Below are positions 24,538-37,893 of a DNA stretch of 64,000 nucleotides, one piece after another (the first letter of the stretch is position 1; each line of letters opens with the position of its first letter). The notes under the pieces are model-generated. The model was not told where the DNA came from and did no database searches. It saw nothing but the letters and a program-made list of their open reading frames with translations. Source of the DNA: Epiperipatus broadwayi (Eukaryota; Animalia; Onychophora); assembly GCA_028023455.1 (NCBI GenBank), contig JAQFVV010000011.1, positions 5,022,001 through 5,086,000 on the forward strand, given 5' to 3'. Made by a program: the position numbers and the translations under genes.

Positions 24538-26568
24538 GTAAGTTATATTTTGTAGCTAGTTTATTATGTCTGCCCGTCTTTAGTTTTGTGTACACGAGTA
24601 TATAAATTGTATATATGTAAATTTACTAACCCAAAATACTAATAACTAATAGCAGAAGGACATTTACTGTTCTTAATAAAACTAAATTTTGAATAAGTTT
24701 TGAAGCATCCACCAACTGCTGTGATTTATATAAATGTTTTAATCAATCTTTTATGGCATTATAATGATAAGTAATATTTCTAAGATGTATTTAAAATTTA
24801 ACAATATGGAAATCAATAAATATACTTACATCGTTTGTAGCAAATATATGTATGATATTAAAATTAAGTAGTATTAGATAATATGTAATGTTCTAGATTG
24901 ATGATCTCTGACTACTGTATTAAATTTAATTAAATATCTCATAATATCATGACTTAACTACTAAGCAAGTGAAAGTGAATCCATTTTCAACTATGCTCAT
25001 TGATATATCTATTTATATATATATATATATATTGTAATGGAATTGCCATGAGAATAACCCACTCGGCCACTTGGTTATTATTACAAATATTATTCAATAG
25101 GAATTATTATTTTTACTTTTTTATCATTGACCAGCAAGCCACTGTGTACAAGATGGAATGACTATAATCTAAAATTTAATCCTATTTGATCATAGTCACC
25201 GTTAATGACCATATTGAAGCTTACATCCATAAGTCCTCCTGCAGATCCAGTCATATTTTCTGATCATCATCTACCTCACATAGATATTATTATTTTTAAA
25301 GTTACATCTGCAAACTAATTTTGTTAGAAATGCTAAATCAAAATATATTTATTCTAGATATTTAAATAGAATATTTGTCTGTCAGATGGGAAAATTACTG
25401 AGAAAACGATACTTGTAAATGATAACAGTCAACTTATTTACAACAATAACAATAAAATATTAACAATTTAACATCTTTTGTATTTACATAATCAATAAAA
25501 TGAAATATATATGAGGAAAAAAATATTTGGAATTAGTCTAAGAAAGTTTTCTTCAAAACTTGAATGATTTCCTGTCCCAAGGTTAATAATAATAACAGCA
25601 AAATTTTATGACATATAAAATGCATATTTAAATGTTTTTTATATCACATGACTTTCTCCTTTATAATAAATATCTGCATATCAACACTAATTTTTAATGC
25701 AAGAGGAAAATGAGTCTCTTGTTAATATTTATTTATTATAAAGTTTAAAATAATCTTACCAAATTTGTCTTTGGTTTTATTTATCTGTTGAGCTCAACAT
25801 TTGATATATCGATCAGGCTTCAGTATTCCATGGTTTCACATATAAATAATAAAAGCTAGCAGATTCTTACAATTTTCTTTAATTGTGCTTAATAGATGTT
25901 CAGTATGTATACAGATTCTTTTTCGTTGGTACACTCATCTTGTAAATCATTATTTATTTCTTCTTTGACTTCTTTACTTTATACAATTATTGGGTTTTTG
26001 TCTGGCAATGATAGAGATAGCTAAGCCTTTATTTTTCGCATTCAGGCTTCATAAAGATTACATTTTCAGAAAGATGGAATAAGCACTCCAATTGGATTTT
26101 CACCTCATCATACTAAATAAATTTGAATAGGAATGAATACAAATCATTTTTCTACAGCTAACTTGTGGGCAGTACAAAATTAGTAAATCAAAACAGCTAT
26201 AGTTAATATAAACACTACTTTTTCTTGTTGCTTAGCAATATCAAAATTCCATAACAACAATAGAATACTCTCCCATTGTCTGAAAACTAATCTGCATTCA
26301 AGGTTTTTTTTGTTTTTTTTATTAATATTTAATATTTTTGCAAACAATTTTTATTTTCAATCGCATTTTAAAAATAAACAAAGAAATAAACTTTTCATTT
26401 GTTACAAGTTTATTTTTTTTAATTTATTTTCTGAAGGTATACATATGACCTACATCAGAAAGATTATAATATATTAACGCCTAAGAAAAACCGAATGAAT
26501 AAAAATCATCATTTTAATCTAAACATGGAAGAAGATGATACACATTTTAAGAAAATGTAAAAAAATAT

Positions 26569-27545
26569 ATCATCATCATCATCATCATTATCAACCATTA
26601 TCAATCCATTGCAGGATGAAGGTCTCTCCAAGTTTAATCCATCCTCTCCGATCATTAGCTTCTCTTCTCCACATCACCCCTACACATTTTCTTATTTCAT
26701 CCATCCATCTTACATGTGGTCTCCTTCTGGGTCTTTTACAATCTCTTGGAATCCAGTTTAAAATTTCAATTGTCCATCTATTATCATCTCTTCTAGCAAT
26801 ATGTCCAGCCCAACTCCACTTCAATCTTTTAATTTTTTCAATGAGGTCAGTAACACCTGTTTGTTCTCTTACCCATACATTGTGTTTTCGATCTCTTCTT
26901 GTTACTCCCAACATACATCTCTCCATACTTCTTTGAGTGGTCTGAAGTCTCTGTATTGATCTTCTATTAAGTGTCCAAGTCTCAGATCCATAAGTAAGAA
27001 CTGGTAAAACACATTTGTTAAAAACCTTTCTTTTCAAACACATAGGCATATTTCCTTCTACCAAAAGCACTCCAACCAAGTTTAATTCTATGATTAATTT
27101 CCTCTATTATGTTTCCATCTGTATTAATAATCTGATCAAGGTATTTGTAACTCTTAACTTCTTCTAATTCATCATAATCAATCTTTATTTTCATATTTTG
27201 AGCAAATCGATTAAACATTACTTTAGTCTTTTTAACATTTATCTTTAATCCTACTTTCCTACTTTCATCTGATAACTCCTGCAACATTTCCTGCAGCTCG
27301 GAAGCATTATTTGCAAAAACAACTACATCATCTGCGAAATCTAAATGAATTAAATAATCTCCATTTACTTTCACTCCTTTAGTTTCCCATTTTAATCCAC
27401 AAAATACTTCTTGCAGCACTGCTGTAAAAAGTTTTGGAGATATGGAGTCACCTTGTCTTACACCTTTCTCAATGTTGACTTTCCCACTATCATTATGTAA
27501 TCTAATTGTTGCTGTTGCATTTTTATAAATATTCTTCACCATGGT
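26569..27545 (-). mobile_element. 5'-truncated RTE-clade LINE with (TGA)n tail
   Basis: GVRQGDSISPKLF, FADD, YKYL, VLPVLTYGSETW, KWSWAGHIARR; ORF stop followed by (TGA)n at 26569-26590; one frameshift near 27060. Confidence 0.92.
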
Positions 27546-29585
27546 CTTTCTTCTCAGTGCCTGATAAGGCAGAATGAATGTTTGTGTAAATGATAAAGAT
27601 TTTTCCCAATTAAAAAAAAATATATATTTCATTATAGATTTTATGAAAGTATATTAGGCAGATATGTGATATTTTTCAAAGCAACTTTTCTCAATGCATA
27701 TTGTCTTTTTACATTTTGCAAGACCACCTGGCTTTCTTGTGGCACATGCAACATATTAACTGCCTATCCAGTTTTTCTAGAAAATGGTAGCCTTCGGTAA
27801 TTTCAATTATTGAACTGGCTTTCTTTTTTTTATGTTTTCTTGAAGCAGTAGAAATGGCTGCATACTCTGCTACAGAAATTTTAAATGATTTAATTTAGTT
27901 TCTAAAGCAATCTGATGCACCTTTCAAGCAATTGTCATTATTGTGTCCAGAAGATAAAGAAAACCCATCACGATTTTTTCCCTCGAATTGAAATCCTGTA
28001 TAGAGAAATTCCTTGATTATGTGTATCCACACACCCCATTTTTGTATTGTATGAAGAAAATAATTTTGATAGAATATATTTACTTTTGATTTTGTATTTT
28101 TAGACCAACGTTTGACTTGTTGCAATGGTTCAACAAAATCATAATTTGTTAAGATAGAACAAACATTATTGTCTTTACACATAATATTTTATTATTTTCA
28201 TCGAACCCATAGTCATATGCATATCTTTCCATTTTTTTCATTACTTTAGAATCTTTTACGGTACATTTTTGTAATCTGTTATCTTTTATAGTTCCAGTTG
28301 CTCATATATATATATTTTAGATAAATCATTAATAGGTACGTTGTAAAATAATTGTTGAAAAGAATTTCATGTTTTGATAGTTCTCGTAAATTTTTCAAAA
28401 AGTTAGTAACTATCCTGACACCTAGACGTATACCTTTAGTAGATTCTGTTTCATACTGTTTTTTGACACAGTATACATCAAAAGCATAACAATAACCAGA
28501 AGAACTTCTGATAATCAAATTCTTATATTCAAATCTAACCGTTTTTCCTCTTGTGAATTGTTTAGCTGAGTTATGGCCAAAATATATTACTGTTCATTCA
28601 TCTATAGTCATATCTTTATGAAAACAACCCCACTGACAAAATTTTTTTATGATCTTGTCCATCAGTGGTCTTATTTTATACATTGGATTATGAAAATTTT
28701 CAAATTTATCGTTGTCAGCCAGATGCACAAATCTTTTTTTTCAAGATGTCTGTCTCCTGATATGGCATTAAAAACACAAACTATTTCCAAATCCTCATCA
28801 AGTGACCAGTATAATCAGCATAGTGGTAACTGATGGTATTCAATTAGAAAGAGAATCGCAAAAAAGATTCTCATTTCCTTTGACTGTATAGTAAAATTAT
28901 GATAATTTTTGTTTGACAAGAGTAGATTATAGTTTGTTCACAGATATAAATAAAAATATTATTACAAAGAAATTTTTCAAAATGTTTCGGGGTGATAAAT
29001 TTTTTAAATTATCTTTTACGTTGTTTATTTCATTTACCACTTTCTTGTAATTCAAAATGGAGATATTCAATCCACTCTGGTCTTGCAAATTCTGTGTATC
29101 TCTTTGCTGAAAATTCAAATGTTTGGTCTTCAAGTCTCTCTTCATTTACAGTGACATTAGAAATAATAACAGTAGTTTCAATTGTACCAGGGATGTAATT
29201 TTGAATGAAATTTAGATCATCATCAATATCATCATCAAATTCTTCACAGTTCGTAAGTTTATCTAAATTTGGAGGAACTACACATAACTCTATACTTTCA
29301 GCTCCATCATATTCTTCACCATCAAGGTCATCTAAAGCTTGTTCCAATTGTAGAAATTCTTTAATTGCATGAAATATTTTTGGTTCTGTAATAAGTGATT
29401 GTCAGCATGTTTACTTGAAAAGAAAAAAATGTAACAAATTATGTAATGGTAATGCCTAACATACTCATTTGAGGACAGTAAGATTTAATGATGATCGATA
29501 ATGATAATTGTAAAAAGAATAAAATCAAACAATACTAAGCTTGTGTTTTATACACAATTAATGAAGGTATTCATAACAATTGAAT

Positions 29586-29628
29586 AGCTAAGCCCTTTCA
29601 GGAATTCTATGTTCCTATATTCATAGCT
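29586..29628 (-). ncRNA. Class B hammerhead motif (A3-U8)
   Basis: AGCT-ATGAATA-T-AGGAA(CATAGAA)TTCCT-GAAA-GGGCT-T/AGCT. Confidence 0.55.
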
Positions 29629-29666
29629 CTTTTCACTATTAGTTAGTGAATGCCATAGTAATGTAT

Positions 29667-29708
29667 GCAAATGAATATGGGAACATAGAATTCCCGAAAG
29701 CGCTTAGC
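29667..29708 (+). ncRNA. Class B hammerhead motif (A3-U8)
   Basis: GCAA-ATGAATA-T-GGGAA(CATAGAA)TTCCC-GAAA-GCGCT-T/AGC. Confidence 0.55.
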
Positions 29709-30679
29709 TTATCCGTTGTTATGTATAACTTCATTAATTGTGTATAAAACGCAAGCTTAGTATTATGAAATATTAAATGAAGTTAATTGTTTAGTTATTA
29801 CAATAAACACAGTTAGAATGATGTATCAGCTGTCAATTACTGCTAAAAATTTTTTTAGATTTTTTTCAGAATTTAGAAATATATTTTTTTAGAAATGTAT
29901 TTGCCTGAGCACAAAAATCATCCAACACTAACCAGTATAAAAGTACTACTAATAATATTTAAATCAGCCAAAAGTAACTGATTCATAAGTTTGTTTATTT
30001 AGAAAAGATATAGTTCAAAGAAATTCATAAATATTGGCTGCTTGCGCCAGCATGTTTTTTTTTTCAGGCATCCTCAAATGAGTACGGCCAGTGTTAATGG
30101 GTTAAGATAATAAACCTGATTTTGCTCAAAGCTAGAGATTCATAAATGTAAATCACATGAAAACAACCCTTGCTTATCAATACCAAGAATCTTCAATCTG
30201 CTGTTGAAAGGCATAAGCTGTTTTTATTGAGTTTAATTAAAAATCTCATAATATCGTAACTGTTAAGTAGGTAAAAATGAGTTCATTTTGCTCATAATAT
30301 ATATAAAATGAAACAGATATAAGCAGTATCCTTTATAAGATCCACTATCTAGTCTACAGAAGTGTTTTTATACCTTATTTAAATTGGTCTTATCATATTC
30401 ATAAGACAAAATTACTAAGTATTCATATCAATAATCTTGTCAACAATTATCAAAGATATGTGATATTAAAGTTAAATGATGTGAGATAGTATGTGTTGTC
30501 CTGGATCGACCCTTGATGACATATTTCCAGTCACCTACAAAGCTAGTTTGAGAATAAGCACGACTGGAAAATAAAACATAACTTCCTTTATTGTTTTTGC
30601 ACACACACATATGATAAACATTATAAACATACATATAGGTTTACATTTTTTTTTTATACTGTCATTTCTTTCTTTTCAG

Positions 30680-30785
30680 ATTCCTTTAATTTCTGTTGAT
30701 AGCCATTATTACGGGAAACTGGTTTTAGCATCTCTTAATATTGTAATTTATAATGTATTTAATCCTCATGGTTCTGAATTGTATG
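30680..30785 (+). CDS. ALG9: ALG9 exon 6
   Basis: ttttcag/.../gtatga; IPLISVDSHYYGKLVLASLNIVIYNVFNPHGSELY(G); phase 0-1. Confidence 0.96.
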
Positions 30786-31150
30786 GTATGAAGGATTTTA
30801 TTTTTTACAATATTTAATCTGTTTGATATTTAATTATGTATGCAGTTATTAATTGATTTTTCATTATGTGTAGTACTTCTTAAAAAAACCATGAAATTGT
30901 TTAGTATTACTTCCAAGAAAATAATGATTAAAAACTCTACTTATATTAATATACATATCAAAAATAAACTAGAGAATTCCTCCATACCAAGAAGAAGAAA
31001 AATCATAATCCAAACATTAAATTTATATTTTTAAATCATGATGATATTTTAAATATAGGGGATTTGAACACAGACTTTCAAGCCCCGTCACTACCCACAC
31101 TATCTCGTACTACTGATACACATGACCACATGCAGAAAAGATAAATAATC

Positions 31151-31194
31151 ACCGATATACGTATTTCGTGCTAAACCAGCACTTATCAATTGGT
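31151..31194 (-). ncRNA. Class C hammerhead motif, U3-A8 variant
   Basis: ACCAA-TTGATAA-GTGCT(GGTTT)AGCAC-GAAA-TACGTAT-A/TCGGT. Confidence 0.65.
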
Positions 31195-31359
31195 CCAGAC
31201 TATCATCTCCCATACATATATATATAATTTCAATGGTATAGATGGTTGAAGAATTGGAAGTTGGTGTGGATTGAAGCCTGTCCATTAAAATGTAAAGATT
31301 TGCTATCTTAATATAAACTGAGCACTGATTATATATATGTATTGGAGATGGTAGTCTGG

Positions 31360-31403
31360 ACCAACTGATGAGTGCTGGTTTAGCATGAAATACATATATT
31401 GGT
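31360..31403 (+). ncRNA. Class C hammerhead motif
   Basis: ACCAA-CTGATGA-GTGCT(GGTTT)AGCAT-GAAA-TACATAT-A/TTGGT; canonical core, 5-bp stem I. Confidence 0.75.
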
Positions 31404-32699
31404 GATTATTTATCTTTTCTGCATGTGTGTGGTCATGGGTATCAGTAGTATGAGATAGTGTGGATAGTGAAGGGGCTTAAAAGTCTGTTTTCAAATCCCC
31501 TATATTTGCAATTAGGCTCCAGGTATAAGAGTGCCTGGTATTTCAAATCTTGATGATATTTTAATAAATTAGAAACTGGAAATTATGAGGAAAAGATTAG
31601 TGATTATTAAAATAAGATTAGATGAAAGTGTTAGCTTTTGAAATGGAGATAGGGAGGATCTAGAAATAATAATAGATTAGGAAATAGTCTTGCTTAAAGA
31701 ATTTGATAGCAATTTTCTTCACTTTACCCAAAAATCACCTACTGTGAGCTTGAATATTCAATGAGCATTAGATGGTATAATGCTATAGTATCCCCTGACT
31801 GGTTGTTAGCTTTCACCTTTACTAGTGAAGATTAGAATTTAAAACTGGATCTATTAAACTCATGCGATGTTGTTTTTTGTTAAAGAAGTTAAGTATCGTT
31901 TTAATTCATAAATGGTATGTTGTTGATTTCTTACACTTCCAAACAATGTTTTTATTATTTTACAAATATGGGATTGTTGAAGTTGAGTTGGCATGCATAG
32001 TGAAAGATTTGAGAAAATAAAAAAGTAATTGAAAAATAATAATGAATTATTCAAGTTGTAATAAGACGTAAGGAGGGTTTTGAGAATATGGAGGTTTTTT
32101 TTTATTGTTCACATATGTTTTGTTGGTCAGTTATTCAGGAGGTCTTGAATTATCCAAAAGTAGATTGCACACAGCACTTCCTGACTACTACTGCAATTTT
32201 TTTTTTATTCTGCTGAAAATTGGTTCAGAAAGTTTTAGTTCTTGGATTCACCATTTTACCATTGTTTAAAAGTTCGTAGGGTTTTTAATGGTGTGTATTG
32301 TACTGGTCAAAACATGTTTATCCATCTAACATGAGCTGGAACTCACAAACTGTACTTCAAACCCAGTCAAGCCCGAGATTTAGATCAGGAACCAGCCTGA
32401 ATTCGAACCCACTCTCTAAGCCCCAGATCTAACATCTAATGAATAACATAATAGTGATGGCACATGAGAATTAATTTTAATCTGACCCACTAGCAAAGCG
32501 GAGGAGACAATGAGACATCTATTAACTATGACTAAACTAAAATATATATAAGCATGGCTGTACTTTTGGAAGTGCAGAAAAGAGGAATTCGAACAACTCA
32601 GACAAGTTGGATAATAAAAATTAGTTTAATATAGTGACAAATTGTTTACATACATTTATAAATTAATTGCAAACATCAGTATATGCGTGAATGAGCAAG

Positions 32700-35600
32700 C
32701 GGTAGATGATTACATAGTGTCATTCACGCTATTATTTCTCATATGCTCTTTATTAGCTAAATGATATATTATAAATAAGCACATATCTTTGGTGGGTCCA
32801 ATATTAAAATGCCAATCGATTATTAGAAAGAATTACATAATATTGCCATTAACGCTTTGATTTACGAACATGGTGACTAACATATTACTTCGAGAAGCAT
32901 TCTGGGATTCATTACAGATATAATATAAACTATTTTCATGCCATTATGGTCGTGAAAATACATAAAATACATTTGAAAACATATTTGATTATATGATAAA
33001 ATACTTAATGAAAATTCTTTTAATTAGCGCTGGTAGGAAGAACGCTTTATTTTCCCCAAGGCATATAGATACTCTTAAATACAGGAATAAGTTACGATGG
33101 TGGGATTGTATAAGACTGAAAGAAATTTAATTAATAAAATTAAAAGTAGTTGGCATTTATATATATTTTTAAGCAGAGCGCAATTTTAATATTAGAGCAT
33201 TAAAACTGGGTCATGAAGCAAAAAGAAATAATAATACGAAGAAGTTTGTGGTGCTGACATAATAACCAAGAAATAACAGGAAAAGTCGTGCTTCTGGACG
33301 AAAGACAAAGTGGATAGGCATGCCGTGGACATCAGCCGACGTGCAGGCCCTTTTTTAACAAAGAAAGTGGATAGGCATAGCGGGTGCCAGACTTAGGGAA
33401 TCACCGCCAGAGACCTTTTATATGAAAAAATGGATAGGCATAGCGGGTGCCAAACTTACGGCAATCACAGCCAGAAGCCTTTTAATATGAAATAAGTGGT
33501 CCTAGGAAGATTAACTATCCTCAGAACAAGGCTTGAAAAATAATTCTATGGGTTCGAACTTGTCGCAACCCCCAGATTAGATTAGAAGCACGTAATATAT
33601 ATATATATATGACGATAGGCTAAATGTCAGTAACGCAGTAATGAGAAATGTCACTAACGACATTGAATAAGTTTTACTGCTTTAAAATGAATGACCTTAG
33701 TTTGACTGCCATAATTTATATAAATAATATGCTATGTCGCTATAATATATTGAAACAATTTTCACCATAGTGTACGTTTACGTTTTTAAAATTTTCATTT
33801 AGCTGAATTCAAACCTTTATCCTTATCAAACCAATTTTTCTACAGTTATTCTTTCTTTTCGAGGGTGAATTTTTACAGTGACGCATGGATTACTAACGGC
33901 CCTTCCCATACAAAGTTTTCTTGAAAACAAAATGAGTCATTCACCCCTTATGCGAAGTTTTCCCGAACTTTGGGTCATTCAAAGGGGTAAGTGAAGCAAC
34001 CGACAGCAGAACACATACACATCAGGTAATGAAATCGAACCCTCCCAGCTTTAAATTAACTTTTAATTAGACCTCTACGTTTATGGACAACCAATATATT
34101 TTTTTTTTGTTCGTTGCCAAGCGCCAATCTCGTTATTCAACAAGAATCGTAGGGTCTATTAAATATTTATTTGATTCAGCCTTTTAATGAGTTGCCCGCC
34201 TTAATGCTCAGGGTGTAGTAGCGCCATGCGCCGGAGAAGAAACGAAAGGGAATGCAATTTCAAATCAATTCGTTCTATATCTTTCTATTTTCTGTTATTC
34301 CCATTAAAGTTTAAACTAAATCTTTTACAATCATCATATACTTTACTATCTAATCTGTCTCGCTATAAATTATCGTTAAACTCACACCAGCATGCACGTA
34401 TATAAGATTTTGGAACTCATAAATTCTATAACGTGTATCGCATTAAATCAATAATTTAGCTACAGGATCTACTAATACCTATTCAAAAAACTCAATCAAT
34501 AAATGGCACACATATACATATAATAAATATTTTTAATGAATTATTATTAAGGAGAAGACAATAAAAAAAAAACATTTAATAATACAGGTATAGTATGAAA
34601 TATTCTTGCAATTAGGTTGGATTAACTTTAAAAATTTAAAATAGCATAATAAGTGTATATTTACCGGTATAGTATAATTTGAATAAATGGCGTATGTGTT
34701 TCCGAGTGCACTCGCAAAACTATTCCGGGGATCCTACCTGGGCAAATATGGCGTCCATCACTTCCACTTGACATTTCATTCCTTTAGTCCCTCTAAAGTG
34801 GCGTATTCAATCTTCTGTTCCTTATTCTTTCGGCTTAATTCTCGAATGGCATACGATCTACACTGGATTGAAATAGCTTTAGTTATGTAGGGCAGTTGGA
34901 GATGTTGACTGTGGAATATGTTAACGTGGCATATTAAAATGGGTGGAGTCCGAACACCGACCAAGCACGATGGTGATTTTACCCCATGTGATCCATGAGG
35001 TCACTTATATATGTAATTCAGTTTGCACAATTTCCTTCTCCAACTTTCTTCTTTTCAGCTAATGTAACTGCTTTTCCTAATAAATTTTCTTCAATAAAAA
35101 TTTAGAATATCTGCACTTCTTATACGTAAGACTAGCAGAGCTCAACTGTCCGTTTTTTCAAATTAATTAATCAATCCCAGTTGGCTTTCTCCTGATTGCT
35201 GGTATTCCTTTGTTTCAAAAATAGATTTTCTTATAAAAATGTCAAACAAAAGGAAAACCACTTAGCCATCTTGACTTTTACTTATCTCTCTTTTTCTTTT
35301 TAAATTCCTGAACTTTTAATTACAAATCCTTTTGTCAACTTTAACCACACAAAAGAGATCGAAAATAGTTCAATAACTAATGGCATTCCATGTTCATTTT
35401 TCTTAATCAAAATTATTTCTGAAAAATCCATTTAATTAAAACAAACACACAAAAAAAATATATATCCATTCAAGCAGTTGGATTTTGCTTTCTTTATTTT
35501 TCTTTCTTTTTATTGAACAATGCGGTCCATTTGGCCAATTCATTCAGGAAGTTTATACTCGCACAAGAAACTTTTCTTTTACCTGCTTTAAAGTCTTCTA

Positions 35601-36900
35601 AATTTCTACTTTCTTGTTCTCAACAATAATATTTACCTACATATACGTATGCCACTCATAATATATGCCCACACCCCTCGTTCCAGCAAATACACGGGCG
35701 CTTGGTATGTGCGACTTTTACAAATAATTATATAATACTAATAAATAAATAAAGATTATCTACAAACTACATTTTCGTTTTTTTTGTAACGGGGTTTGAA
35801 CCCAGTTCCTGTTACAATATATATAGAGAATATTTCATTTAATAAAATATACATGAAGGTTTTTATTTAGTAAAAAAAACATTACGATTTACCCCCCTTC
35901 CCTTTTCTGTTATTTAAAATAAATCCATCCTACCTTCGTTGATTTTACAATAACTGGAATATATAAGTACTGTATTTGATATTTTAAGAGTACGTAAAAA
36001 TAAAACTAGCAGTTATAGAAAAAAAAAAACTAATCGGTCACCTTTTCAGAATTGAATAACATTTATAAAATAAATAAGGTTTCAAAGCATTAATTAGCTT
36101 GAGTTATGGATTCACCCCGGGTAGAAAATCCAGAGTTAAACAAATATATATTTTTTTATATTAAAACATAGATAAAATGTTGGCTCGTAAAACAATCTGG
36201 CGAGTGTATTAATTAACACTACATTATATTTTAAGGGAATGTTAATAAACTTAATTCATGAAGACTTAGTTAAAAAGAAGAAAAGATTTTAGAAATTCAA
36301 CTCGTCAGATTGTTTGAGACTGGCATATTAATAATAAAAATACACATATAAATAAATGACTGCACCAGTTAAAGAAAGTTAGAGCATATGAGAGAGAATT
36401 GAATTTATAGAAATAATTTATGAGCAAATTACATTTTAGAAAAGTTACAAAATTAAATTATACATTAGGAGAAATTGATAACAGAGTTTGATACTAGTTA
36501 GGCAAGCTAGATTTAGTTTCATTGGTGGTGGTTTGAAATGTTTTACCTTGCACAATTTTAAGAGTTCATATTAAAAAGTCCAGCTCGTGCATGGCAGTTC
36601 TTATGTGACAGCAAGCTTCTATTTAGCACTCCAGAGTTCTCCATCGGGCTTTTACATCATTTCACGGGAGCATAATGACACGGTGGTGGCAGATAACCCT
36701 CACGGGTCAGAAAAGGTGATGAGCTTTCTATGCTTACATTTTAAACCAGCTTGGATTATGTTCACTGCAGTTCTTTCAATAGTAGCTAATCTATCTCTGA
36801 TTCAAAATACGGCCATTTTTATACCCTGCTCAGGTATTTCTGGAATGCTTTTAATTACTTAGCTTTAACTTAAAATCTAATCTCTGATCTAAAATCTTAA
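32700..36900. promoter_or_regulatory. CpG-retaining (CpG-island-like) intronic region
   Basis: Visibly dense CpG compared with CpG-depleted flanks; TGAGTCA (AP-1) near 33933; boundaries approximate. Confidence 0.45.
33307..33495. repeat. GC-rich minisatellite, 3 units of 57-66 bp
   Basis: TGGATAGGCAT at 33311, 33368 and 33431; units 2 and 3 share agcgggtgcca.actta. Confidence 0.85.
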
Positions 36901-37893
36901 GTTTCCTTTGTTCGTTGTTTTTGAAAGATGCAACTGTAAGATAATGTCCAAAATAAATTCAAATCTATTTCCGGATTAGAAATAGATTTGACAAAAATGT
37001 TTATAATAAAGAAAATCTTTAATCTTAATCCCATTTTATGTAAAAACTTTAATTAAAAATACCTTCCCCAGATTAAAACAACAATGTTTCCAACCCTTTA
37101 ATTATTTTTAGACAATTTACAATTGCATCTTCCATTTTGGATTTAAAAAGTAAAGTATAGTTTAATAGGAAAAAAAAGTACTTTAAAAAGAAAAAGTTTC
37201 AAATGATGTATAATAAAATATTTACAAAAAAATCAATATTTTGATAGTATTTTGCTCCTATATATATATTTGAGCCGCACCTATGTATTTTAATAGAAAA
37301 GAACTAATAACTAATAAAAAAGAATTAATAATAATTTAAAAAAAAAATGTTATTGAAAGTTAAAATTTATAAATTTTTACGTGCGCATCTCATATATGTA
37401 CATAAAATATATATACACGACAAAAGGAGTGGGATGGGACATAGGGTTTGAATACATGTTAGTAGATGGAACTATGAAGCTCAATCTTAAGCTAAGATTG
37501 ACTGCTTCATTTCTAATGCTAATAACATTGATAGTTTGCAATTTCTTGCTACACTCCATAATGCTATTTGTTTATCATTACATCCTAAACTATAAAGAAG
37601 CCAAATAATAAGGTATTATTAGGTTCAGTATTGATACGTATATTCTGGTCAAAATTTGCTATGCAACAAGTTTCAGTTAAAACAAATAATAATAAAAAAC
37701 TGTAATGATTATATATCCTAGTAATCTATACTATAATCAGTATTATTTAAATACAAATATATTGAAATATACTGAACCTTAAATATAATTAATGAGGATT
37801 TGAACACAGACTTTCAAGCTCCCTTCAGCTACCCATTCTATCTTAATATAACCAATAGACATGACCACATACATGTGAAAAAGATAAATGATC

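Larger units (their letters stand above)
29531..29764. repeat. 94-bp inverted repeat pair, each arm carrying a class B hammerhead motif
   Basis: Arms 29531-29624 and 29671-29764, roughly 88% identical by manual alignment. Confidence 0.88.
27600..30101 (-). mobile_element. Degenerate piggyBac (PGBD-like) DNA transposon
   Basis: TTAA (30102-30105) followed by CCC terminus; acidic N-terminus; SGYCYAFDVY, FNNYFTT, YNTKMG; C-terminal Cys-rich CCMCHKKARWSCK...CIEKSCFEKYH; opposite TIR not found. Confidence 0.85.
31053..31550. repeat. Family C head-to-head composite with tail and TSD
   Basis: Inverted arms ~31053-31222 and ~31330-31507; ~40-nt tail; 14-bp TSD TGATGATATTTTAA (31039-31052, 31551-31564). 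Confidence 0.88.

Noticed and set aside
26535-26936. 133-aa His-rich ORF
   Set aside because: Antisense shadow of the RTE ORF and its (TGA)n tail
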